Positions 1 through 14,120 of a stretch of 64,000 nucleotides of DNA are shown here, one piece after another. Under the pieces are notes generated by a model. That model ran no database searches, was not told the DNA's origin, and saw only the letters and a list, made by a program, of their open reading frames with translations. A program made the position numbers and the translations under genes. Source of the stretch: the human T2T-CHM13v2.0 reference genome, Homo sapiens; NCBI RefSeq assembly GCF_009914755.1, contig NC_060928.1; one strand, given 5' to 3'. The first letter of the stretch is position 1. Every line of letters begins with the position of its first letter.

Positions 1-1947
1 CTCTGAGGGCTAATTTAATATGTGGGTACCTACCTGGAGCCCTCTTCGTTACTTTGCCAGGACTCCTCCCTCCAAATCTACCACCCCCAGACTGTGCTCT
101 GGGGAGTTGGGCTGGCACAGCTGGGAAGGCCAGCAGGAGCCCCAGCAGTGCCAGGCCCTCTCCAGACCTGGCCAGAAACCAGGTCCCAGTGCAGGGACCT
201 CGCAGGCGGGACGGGACAGACAGCCCCAAACGGCAGCCCCGCCACTCACTTTCCTCTGCGTGCTCCTTCAGACTCCATTTCCCCAGCCCTGTGGAAGGGA
301 TCGGGGGCAGCCTTTCCCCTGGGGTTCTCTGGAGAGACCCCTCTTTCTGCAGGAGTCTGGAGCAGCCAAGGCTTCCCAGGGAGCCTGACGTCAAGTCCAA
401 TGGCCTAACTAAGGTAGGAGGCAAAGGGAGGTGGCAGGGCTGCCTCACCCAGGTCCTGAGCGCTGCTACCAGCGCCTGCTCCAGGTCAGATGGCACTCTC
501 CGTGGGAAGGAACCTTCTTCACCCTAAACAAGCTCCGAGCAGGCAGGACACTGGAACCCCAAAATCAGCCCAGAGAGAGGCCTCAGGATGTGTAGCTGGC
601 ACTTGACCTTGAGAGCAACAAGGTCTTCTTCACTGGGTCCCACCCTGGGGTACAATCCTGTACTCATCGTTCCTTTATGTAAGGCACTGAGGACTGTTAG
701 GATGAAATAGTGTGTGGCCTGACAGCCCACGGCCCCGGCCCTGGTTGAAATCTCCTGATCAGGTCAGCGGAGGACAGAGGGCACTGAGGAAGGAAGGGCA
801 GGCCCAGGGAAGGATTGGGCCCAGCAGGGCAGACCAGGTGGAGCGCCAGGAGGAGGAGGAGGAGGTGAGCAGCCTGAGAAGGGCCTTCCCGCATTCATGC
901 GCTGGTCTAGCCACTGCCTCAAGGAGAGACCCTGAAACACAGTTCACTTGTTCTGATTTGCAGGCGTCTGAGTGCAGCGTTGCATGTGGAACGACTCGCT
1001 CAGCCTAGGGAACGTCAGTCCTTCCCGAGTCCCTTCAGCCTTATCTCCTCTCTTCCGCCCTTCCTCCTTCCTTTGCCTTGCTGCTTCCCCCTTTCACCTC
1101 CCTGCCTCCTTTTCTTTCTTCCTTCCCTTCCTTTCTATCCTCTCCCCTTTTTCTTCTTTATTTTTTCCTTCAACATGAAAGCATCAAATGACACATTTTG
1201 TTTTCCATTCCTGAGGCAGCGCTCAATTGATTTTAAGAAGTGGTCACAACACAGCTGCAAGGAGACGTGATGAAGCCCGAGGTTGGTCTCCTTTGCCCGC
1301 TGCACGCGTTGTGCTGTGATGCGATTATTTTTGACACACCTGGCTACATAATTAGGCTCTAAGCTCCTCGGTGGCAGGGCTGTGGCGCATTCCGACTGTG
1401 CCCCATGTACACAGGCCACACAAGAAAACCACCATGGAATGAACACATCAGTGAACGGCATAGGCAGTTGATGTCCAAATTTCTTTTTCAGAGAAACTCT
1501 TTTCCCAAAGAAGTTCCAGCCATCTCCTGCCTCCCCAGCCCCTGAGCCACTGCAGCTTGACTGGGAAGCTGAGGGCAAGTGAATGCAGTTTGACAACCTC
1601 CGATAGATGTGCGATGCGTGTCAGGGAATTCCTTACTGTAAACCCATAGGGGCCAGTGACTGCCCAAGAATAAATGGAGTATTATGCAGTTGTGTTGAAA
1701 CAAATTTGGAACAAAGCAATCTGGCTGGAAATAATTTGGTTAGCACACCAGTTTGGTCAAAACAATAATTTGGTTTAAAAGGAATATTCATGACTCTGTG
1801 ATTTTAAGTTTTTCTTTTTCTTTTTTTTTTTTTTGGTTTAGTTTGTCTGCTGTTACTTACCCTGTCCTCTCTTTTTTGTGTATATCCCAGTTCATTTTCA
1901 GCCAATTTTCAAGCGTTGACTAACAATGTTTAGAAATTAGTTGAAAC

Positions 1948-2253
1948 GGCCAGGCGCAGTGGCTCACGCCTGTAATCCCAGCACTTTGAGAGGCTGGGAG
2001 GAGTGGATCATGAGGTCAGGAGTTGAAGACCAGCCTGGCCAAGATGGTGAAACCCCGTCTTTACTAAAAATAGAAAAATTAGCTGGGCATGGTGGTGGGT
2101 GCTTGTAATCCCAGCTACTCGGGAGGCTGAGGCAGAGAATTGCTTGAACCTGGGAGGCAGAGGTTGCAGCGAGCTGAGATTGCGCCACTGCACTCCAGCC
2201 TGGGCTCCAGAGCGAGACTCCGTTTCAAAAAAAAAAAAGAAAGAAAGAAAGAA
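1948..2253 (+). mobile_element. AluS (Sg-like) with A/(GAAA)n tail
   Basis: GGCCAGGCGCAGTGGCTCACGCC start, dimeric Alu body. Perfect 16-bp TSD AGAAATTAGTTGAAAC at 1932-1947 and 2254-2269. Confidence 0.95.
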
Positions 2254-2599
2254 AGAAATTAGTTGAAACAACCTGAATTGTTTTTCTTGCTATAAAAACA
2301 ATGCATCCTTGCTACACAAAGTCAGAAATTATAATGTTAAAGAAATGAAATAGCCGCAAAGTCCAGAGCTGGCCGGGGTGCCCCGTTAATAAATGCAGAT
2401 GCTCTTTTTGCAGCTCAGCAACATTAAATGCTCACGATGCCCACTCTGTCTTGCATTCTTTTGGCCTCTGGAACAAGTGTGTGTCAACAGTTGTCAAGTA
2501 GTGTCACTGTCTCAGGGAAGCCTCTCCCTGCCTCTCAGATGGGATGGGGCCCTCATCAGATGGCTACGCAGAGAGTGATACTACCTCCCCTTGCTTTTC

Positions 2600-4030
<1,431 letters not shown>

Positions 4031-6822
4031 CAAGGCCTTGAGTCACACCCTTTAAAGATGTTTTGTGAAGAAGTGGATTTGCCATGATTTGTGAAGGTTG
4101 GAAGTTCGTCCCTGGATTTCTCGTTAAAACTTTCTAATCAACATAATGGATGCTGCTAAAAAACTATGCACTCTTTTGGCCAAGATACCATCCTGCAAAG
4201 GGAGATTGGATGTGGTTAGACAGCTATAAAAACTTTTGAACACTGCAGGAATCACTTCTGCAGACAGCAGTCCAAAGAGGCAGCATCTCCTCCATTTCTC
4301 TGCAGCAGAAATGGTCGACGCCTAGAAACCCTGCAGAATGCTTTTGAAGATCATTTTGTGGAGACAATCTCACTCTTGAGATGTGAATTTGCAATCCTTT
4401 TCTTGCTGACACAGACAACATCAGCGATGCAGATCTTGCCGAAGTTACTGACAAAGGAAATGATGCAATGTGAATTCAACCCAAAGAGGCTTACAGAATT
4501 TTGACCCAAGCCTGCCCTTGCCAGACATTAATTGCAGAAGCTTAGGTTTCAGTTGATACTTTGATGAGTTTTTAACACATTTCTATTGCATTAAAAAACC
4601 AAATCAATTAGCTATCATAGGTATGTGTATGTTATCACATCAAGGACCGCTTGGCAGTCCTCAGCATTGTAATCTCTTATACTACATGAGAACAAAAGTG
4701 TGAGTGTAGTGGATGTGGATGCATTCTTCTGGAAAGACGTTTACAGTTTTTATCAGTTTCCTAAAGAGGTTCTTGACTAATGAGGGCAGGAACCAGCAAA
4801 TTATGCCTTGACTAAGGCCTCTTCCAGTCCTAAAATTACATAAACCACAAAGTCTAATGCCAAACTGGTAATGTTATTTAAAAAATAGTGGATATCCAGA
4901 CCACTTGTGTTTGCAGTGTTTTGACATCTGCCTGAAAAAAATTCCAGTTTTTATCCAGAGGATTGGTGTCACATGCATAGAGGCCGTGACTTAGCTATCA
5001 GGTTTACTCACGCCTCTGTATGAGCAATGCTGAGCTCCTAATTTTCCCTGTGCCTGAGCCTCTGCTTCTAAGGTCAGCCTGACTGAAGGTTGTCAAGGAC
5101 CTACCATGGCAGGAAAGAGAAAGAGGCTGTACCTGATCCATAATTCTTCACCAATAGCCACTGCATGCCTCCTATTATCCAGATGATGTCACCTTGATTT
5201 TAACAAGCAAAACTTTATAGAAGCTGAGTCAAATGCCCACCCACTAACTCCCCACTCAGCCCACTGCTGGAAAGTGTGGGATTGGAAACCAGGTGGAAAT
5301 GTGTCTTTCTCTACATAGAAGGTGTCTTATTGGTCTGAAGGCCTGCCCTGGGCAGGAAGAGGCCAGGAGAAGAGCCCAGACCCACACCCAACACCATTCC
5401 AGGAGCATATGAGTGGTTGCATCCAAGTCCTCCCTACTGCTTGGCTGTAGGGAGATAACATTGCAAAATGCATGGTGGGAGATGTGAACTTAGAACTCCA
5501 AAGAGTTTTAAGCACAGAGTCTTAAAAGGTTGCTATTTTTTATTCCTTTTTTGTATTTTACAATAGTCGTAAAAATAAACTTAAAAACTGCTGCCAGCAT
5601 GTAAGGTGGCCCTGCTTATCCAAAGAAATCAAGCTGCATTTCTACACCATATCTTACTATTCTCCCATATTCCCTATTTTCCCTCCTTCCTCCCATAGTT
5701 ATTCTCTGCTTTGGGTTCTTTCCAATATGAAGTGAATGTTGGAGTCTCTTCCTCACCGCCCCCAACCCCTGCCAATTCTTTTAACATTCAACTAGAAGGA
5801 TAAGGTGGAGGGATTAAGTGAGTGAACAACACACACTCAGCTCTTACTCCTTGCAGTACACTACTGGGTCACATATACAATTTCTGGCTGATTTGGGGGG
5901 CCTCCCCTGACTTAGGGCCTGGGATCATTTCCAGAGGCATATTTCTCCCTGCACTCCAATGGCAACACTGGGTGGCGTGCTAAAGGGCCTGTTGAACTAT
6001 ATTAAACGCCTCAAGACTTGAGGTGGAGTATGTTGGACTCTTCACTGTGGGTCAATTTTTCAGCCTGCTGCTTTATCTACCTGACAGGAAGACTTGAACT
6101 AGTGCCATTTCTAAATTGCACTTCTAAATATTGACTTAATGGCGAAACTCAGCGTGTCATAACCCAGTTCACTAGAGCAACGAAGATTTTCCAGGCCTCA
6201 CCGAGAGGTCTGTACAATATCCTGTGGGGAGTGGAGAAGGAAGAGGAGGATTTAAGAAGAAAAATACAATCAAGTTGTGTTTTGAAGAAATGCCCCTGCG
6301 CCTCACTTAATCTTGCAGAGACACATGAGTGCTCATTGGGCTATTGGCTGAGGCTGGAGGGAACCAGGGTAGACAGAGAAAGGATAGCAGCAACCAGAAA
6401 TACTGCAGCTGCCCCCCAGGAAGATGAGAGGGTGCCAGGGCACACCTTGCTGGGCTGGCAGCAGAGACAGCTGGCTCTCTGAGAGTTTCATTTGAGTATC
6501 CAGTTTAGAAGGACTAGACAGTGTCTGAGAGACTAGAGACTTTATTCTATATCTATGAAGACTTCAGCACAGCCAGATCTTCAGCAAATCTTCATTTAGG
6601 TCACTGAGGAAACTCTAGGAGGCTATCTTTATAGCTTCTTTCCTCCTGACAGTTAACACTGTAACTGATCTTAAGGCATTTTTGTCACATCCCATTAGCT
6701 GTTAGACTGTGAATCAGAGGAAGATATTGGTCCCTTCTTATCCTGAAGGAGCTGTTTTGGAGGAGCAACAAGATATTTTTCATGCAAATTAGCTTTCAGA
6801 TTTCTTTAGACACTCAGTGCTA

Positions 6823-7368
<546 letters not shown>

Positions 7369-8921
7369 CTAAGATAGTGAAAGTCAAACTATCCAGTTAT
7401 CATGGAAGATAATCCTCATGGTATTGGCCACATTCATCTTGATGCTCCTCAGATTTGTTTCCAGGTGGTCCCTAATGCAGTGTGCCCAATCCATTCCCTC
7501 TGCTATGCCTGTGTATGAATTTGTTGATAATAATGCCTCTGAGAATGACCTCAAAGTGCAACAAAATCTTTGTGCTTTGACCTCATCACACTTGCTAGAA
7601 GAGTCAAACTCACCCCTGGATTTGGCTCCTCTAGCAAGCCTGATGAGCCTGCTCCGTGCAGTGACTTCCTTCCTTAAATCTAGTCCAACTCCACGAAAAG
7701 TTATCTCCTTGTAAGATAATGGAATCCTCCTAAACTCTTCCTCTTCCTTTGCTCAAAGGTGTCTTGCGTCAGCCGAGGTGGCTGCTATGGAAGGAATCTT
7801 AGGTGTCTTCTGAAGAAATTGTGATCAACCCCCCTGAAGCTGTGTCTGCTGGGAGAGCCTGTGCTGGCTATGTCTTTGTTGCTTGGCCCAGCTGTGAATT
7901 CATGCAGCCTGCCCTGGCCTTCAGAAGCTCACCTGCGGGTGAGGCCACTGCTCTGCAGCAGCTTGTACGGTGCGCGCCACGCCGCACCACAGCTGGGTGG
8001 TGGGCTGCCCTCCGCGGTCTCCGTGTGTCTGTGTTCCATGTACCTCTGAGAGTTGCATAGCCTGGAGTGCCCCAGCAGCTCCCCACACACCCACCTCTAT
8101 CCAGCATCCTCCAAACTCCTGCTGAAGGCCCACGCAATCCTTGTGGGCCTTCACCCCCTCTCCACTGCCCCCTCCCTGCAGACTACACATCTCACAACCC
8201 ACCGCCCACTCACAGACCCATCAGGCTGCCGCTGTCCTCAATCCAGACCAGTTCGACCCCCTCAGCCACTTCACCCCATCTCCTACAGGCTGCTCTTCAT
8301 TTATGCCTTCAACGTTCTAGGCCTCCCCTGGTATCTTCCTCCATAATGGCCATCATCAGGATGACACCATTGAGAATCAGGAAAAAAGTGTCTATTGCCA
8401 CGGGCGTGGGAAAGGTAAACTGACCACTTACCTAAATAATGAATCCCACCAATGGAAAGACAATGGGAAGCGGGTTGTATTGTTATCACTGAATCCTCTC
8501 ATCCTTAATGAAAGATATTCAGTGACCAAGATGAGGGTGTCCCGAGGACTTCTCACAGCAGCCGAGGCAGTTTGCATGACTACTTACCTCGTTGAGCTAG
8601 GATGTAGCATGGGAGTCTTAACACAAAGGGACTTCATTTCATGGACTACCAAAAAATAGCGAGTGCTTTCAATTCTCTTTTCAATATTGTAGAGGAGCTC
8701 AATGACGTATGGAAATGGTACACTGTTTTTTTTTTTGTAAAGCAAGTAAGCACCCTATAATTTCTCTCTCCTGTATATCCAACATTTTGCACATGAAAAA
8801 AAGCAAGCTATCCTGTGGTGTTTGCTATGTCAAGAGAATCAGGAAATAGCATTATCTCTGGTCTGATGTTAGAGAGTTAAAAACACATTTTTCAAAAATG
8901 TGCCCATAAGACATATTTCTT

Positions 8922-9234
<313 letters not shown>

Positions 9235-9351
9235 TAAATAAAGATCCCATTTTCCAAACCACGGCTTGGTCTTCAAACAGTAACTTGACACCGACTGTCC
9301 TCAGAGACTCTATGATGATTTGAGATTTGGCATGGATGTTCACACACTCAC

Positions 9352-9531
9352 CTGGCCAGTAGTACATGTAGACCTTCCTTTTGGCCTTGGTCAGAGTGAC
9401 CCACAGAGGTTCTGATCCATTCCACCAGAGAGGCATTAGGCTGTCTTTGTTGACGCCAATGTCAAAGGACTTGTTGGTGGTGGGGTCCCACATGTAGTTC
9501 CCGATCATCTGATGGACTTCACAATGGCGGC
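9352..9531 (-). CDS. ENPP6: Internal coding exon (180 nt, phase 1/1; exon 2 by recall) of ectonucleotide pyrophosphatase/phosphodiesterase 6
   Basis: Minus strand reads ttgacatAG|GC CGC CAT TGT GAA...TAC TGG CCA G|GTGAGT, with canonical acceptor (9533-9532) and donor (9351-9350). Translation (G)[60 protein letters not shown] matches my recall of human ENPP6. It has NPP-family hallmarks (H..IGN.M.D, WW..GEP.W, WPG) and N-glycosylation sequons NKS and NGS. Confidence 0.96.
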
Positions 9532-11780
9532 CTATGTCAATGAGAACACAGCTGTCAGTTTACGGTTCTGGTGGTTTCTATTTTTATCTTTGTTTCTTGA
9601 TCATATAAGCCATTCGTGCTCGTTTAGGAAGTACAGAACAGCATAAAGATTTGCTTTTGACTTTAAAAAAAAATCAGATTTTTTTTTCTTAAGCTGTGCC
9701 ATGAAGGTAGACAATCCAGTTAGATGTCCACTAATTGATGGAGGGTGGGGTCATTTAGAGTGACGTCACCCTGTCAAGTCAGCTGTTTTAAGTTACACTG
9801 AGGACACTGTGCAGAGCTTGAAGTCTAAATATGAATTAGCATGGACATCTGTGGATTCCTCTGAGACTTGGTCTCAGATTCTCACCCCAGAGCCCTCTCT
9901 GCACCCTCCAAACCCTCCTCCCGTGAGATCAGCAATCTAGCTGTTATAGCGTTTATTCTTTCCTTTCTTAAATAAGAGGAGTTGTTGCTTCAGCTCTGAA
10001 CAGTGATAAAACCTATGACATTTGGAACAGAATAGCGAAAAATAGATTCAACTTTGAAAAACAAAGCAGGAAAACAACCCTTCAAATGCAGTGTTATACA
10101 GAAACGAGGGCTGGTTCTGTTGAGCACAGCTTAGTCCCAGAAGACAAGCCAGAAGTGAGAGACGCAAACGCTTGGACTCTTTTGAAACATTAGGCTTAAA
10201 TTATTTATTTTGGAGCAATCTGTTACATCTTTAAAGTAAAAATAACACAAACATTGGCAAGTGCATCAAAAATTGCTGCAATTTTAGTGAGCGTCATTTG
10301 GCACCAGGACGAAACATGCTTCACTGAGCTCCCTAACTATGCTTAATCAAGTGGCTTTTCTTCTTTGTTTTACTGTTGTTGTTTCTTCTCCCCACCCCTC
10401 CCAAAATTTTATTTTTAAACAGAAACAAAGAAAAATTATAAAATACTATTTGGAAAATAGACACTAAAAATATCAAATGGAAAAACCTTTCATTTCATCC
10501 CAGAAAGCAAGGCAGGCCACAAACTATGCTACTGTGCTCCCAGAGATCCCAGCAAAAATGGTTTTCACCCAAAGCTGTAGAATTAGTGTTTTGATCTTGA
10601 CCAAAACTTTCACATTAAAAAGATTAATACAATTAAAAATAAAATAAAATTAAGATGTTGAGCAATTTTGGCAATGGTTAAGGAAGTTATTTTATTTATT
10701 GTTTCAACTAACATGTATTCAGTGCTCTTACATATATAGTCCTATGTATTGTAGGCTGTGATAGATGTAGAGATTCCAATCTGAATAAATGCCATGCCCA
10801 TCCTCAAGAGACTTGTAATTTAATACTCAACAGAGGGTCCTCTGTGTAAAAGAGCCAGGCTTCCCGGGGCTGGGTCTGAGAAGGAGGACAGGTTGCAGCC
10901 ACAACTTCAGAGTTATGATGACCCTCGCTCACCCTGTTGCAGAGGATAATTCCTAGTATGTTCTCACCAACTCATTAAAAGTAGGGTCCTAATCTATTGG
11001 TTCAACTATATTATCGTTTTTAGTATATGAAAGTTGAATCATATTAAGAGAGCCCCTCTTACAAGTAAAAGTACTTATCTATTTCCTTTATTCAAAATTT
11101 TGCATTCTGTGTCACAAATTGTATTATCCTAATGATGCTTACTCATCCTTTCACAAGGCAAAATAACCATGATCATATCTGTAGGAAAAGGCCTCCTTCA
11201 TGGACAGTCTTTCCTTATAGAGAGATGTTCTCTGATGCCCTTCCAAGTGCAGGAGGTTATCTCAACTGCAGCTGGTGTGCAAAGAAGCTGAGCAAATGTG
11301 CAAAATTGGAAGGGGGTGTGGGAAGCATCATTCCTGAGGTCAGGAACGAAAGAAGAGCCTCTGAATGAATCATCAGGAAAGGACCAGGGATATCAGACAT
11401 GGGAATAATAGGGAGAGATGCCGAGGGAGAGGGGTGGAGGGATCTCTGCTTCCAAGCTTGAATTGTTTGGACCATTTTAGAACAAGGCCATGAAACCCAG
11501 AGATAAATGGAGGCTTCACATGATGTAGTTTTCACAAGGCTGCATACAAGGAAGCATGAAGCAACCAAAAAACAGTTTTTAAAGTACATATAATCTATAC
11601 TTGTATATCTCAGAAACCCCATATCATTTGGTGAAAATTTCTCTCTTCTCTTCAACGCACATATTTAGCACTCTGGACTCTAAAGTGTCCAAACTCACTC
11701 ATTCTTCTTTGTTCTCTGCTCTCTGAGTAGAAAATTATAAGGAGCTTCTTGTGGATTGCAGAGCTGTTGTATGGCTGGAT

Positions 11781-11862
11781 TGTGTGTGTGCATGCATGCA
11801 CAGGTGTGAGAGAGACAGAAACACAGAGGGAGACAGAGAGAGACAGAGAGAGAGATGGAGAG
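11781..11862. repeat. (TG)n / (GA)-rich simple repeat
   Basis: tgtgtgtgtg...gagagagacagaaacacagagggagacagagagagacagagagagagatggagag. Confidence 0.8.
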
Positions 11863-13193
11863 AACATTCTCCCAGAGAATTCCTATAAGGTGGAGCGCTT
11901 TCAAGAAGGTCACCTCAGACTCCTGTGGAGAAAGTTGGGTTTCTTCTTTTGGTGGATTGGGCCCTGAGCTGAGATGGGAGGGTGTGCTGTCCCCAGGGCT
12001 TCCTTTGCTCTGGGAAGAGCAGCCTTTCCCGGAAGCTGGCAGGAGGAGGCTGCTTCAGATCTTGTCCCGCCTTCCCATGAATACAGTAAGGCTGCAGTCT
12101 GTGCTTGGAACAGTCGAAGTCGACTCAGACTCAAGCTGATTTCCCTACCAACCCTCTGCCTCTCTTGCTCTTTCATTTTTATTGCCTCGGTAAAATTGGT
12201 GGCTGAAAGAACAGAACAGAACACAATGTACTGGCTTCTGCAGCCCACGAGCTCTCATCTCCATATTCCTGCCTGACCCATATCTATTTTTATACAACTG
12301 CAGTTCTGGGTTTTTCTCTGGTTGTGCTTTCCAAACAGAGCTTGGATGTGGTGTGGTTTTTTGGTCTCTTTGCTCAAGGCTTGAGTAGAAACTTTCCTGA
12401 CATCCTCCAACACCACAATTGCAAGTGGTTTTCAGGTATGATGTAAGGAATGTCTACAGCTCTTCCTCCTCCAAATGACTACTCTGGGGGCTTTGAAATA
12501 TGTGTTTGCCTTTCTCAGAGAGAGCTCCTGGAATCGTTCCCATAGCTAGAACTGCTGTATGAAGGGGGTGGGATATGACACCTTCGGTGTTCATTCCACA
12601 GAGTCTTACTCAAGCATGTTCGACGTAGTGACCATCACAAGAAGTTTCTTAGCAAGGCCCCCAGAAACTTCTGCACCATGTTATATGTTTCATCTCAGAA
12701 ATGGCTGGCCTTCACATCTCACGAGAAGGTAGAGGATATGTCCATCTTACCTATAACTCATGGTCACAGAGACTTTCTCTTTGACTTCTGAGTCCTCTGC
12801 TCAACTAGACTCAAACTTGGGCTTCCTTCCTTTTTCTTGTAGAGTCCAGGTTGAGCAAGAATCCTGCTAAGTCAGTTTAGTGATAATCCTCCACGCTTGG
12901 TATCTGACCACCCTCAATATCTCACCACCCTGCCTGCCTTCAGCAAGAGTTCTGTTGAGTAGATCTAGCCAGAATTCATTGGCCAGAATCCCTTGATGTT
13001 TCTTCTTAGTAGTTTTGCATCCGCTGACCCCACCATGTTCCTTGTCTGTCAATCTCTACTTGTCTGTTGTACTTGGAGTGGAGCCCAATCTCTCTCCCAC
13101 TGCTGGATCCCACTGCAGCATCCTTCCGTCTATCACAGTGGTTCCTCCTTAAAGAAAGTTAGCCTTACCATCTTTAACAAGCATCATAAATAA

Positions 13194-13763
<570 letters not shown>

Positions 13764-13954
13764 TAGATTTCAATCAGTCTTAATTTTTTCTCATTGTTTT
13801 CAAACAGTCAATGTCAATTCCTTTTATAGTTCCTTACCTCTTTTATTCTTTTTGCATCCACTCAACATGTATTTATTAGATAATGTTTGCATGCTAAGGA
13901 TATAAAGATAAAAAAGAAATGGTCTCTGTCTTTGGCTCACAGTCTGCTATGGAC

Positions 13955-14120
13955 AATAATATGGCACAGTGGTTAAGGGAACGAATCTTGGAGCCAGATT
14001 GCATAGGTTCAAGTATAAACTCTACTAATTACTGTCTGCATGATCTTGGACAAGTAGCTTAGACTCTCTGAAGCCTCCATTGCCTCATCTGAGTAATGGG
14101 CATCGTAACAATTATTGTGA
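13955..14120 (+). mobile_element. MIR
   Basis: ATGGCACAGTGGTTAAG...TGATCTTGGACAAGTAGCTTAGACTCTCTGAAGCCTCCATTGCCTCATCTG core. Confidence 0.8.

Noticed and set aside
20-1008. Cluster of overlapping 60-157 aa ORFs
   Set aside because: GC-rich sequence with few stop codons. No recognisable domain or coherent splice structure.
7418-7800. Possible processed pseudogene fragment (98-aa ORF)
   Set aside because: No recognisable protein similarity, poly-A tail or TSD.
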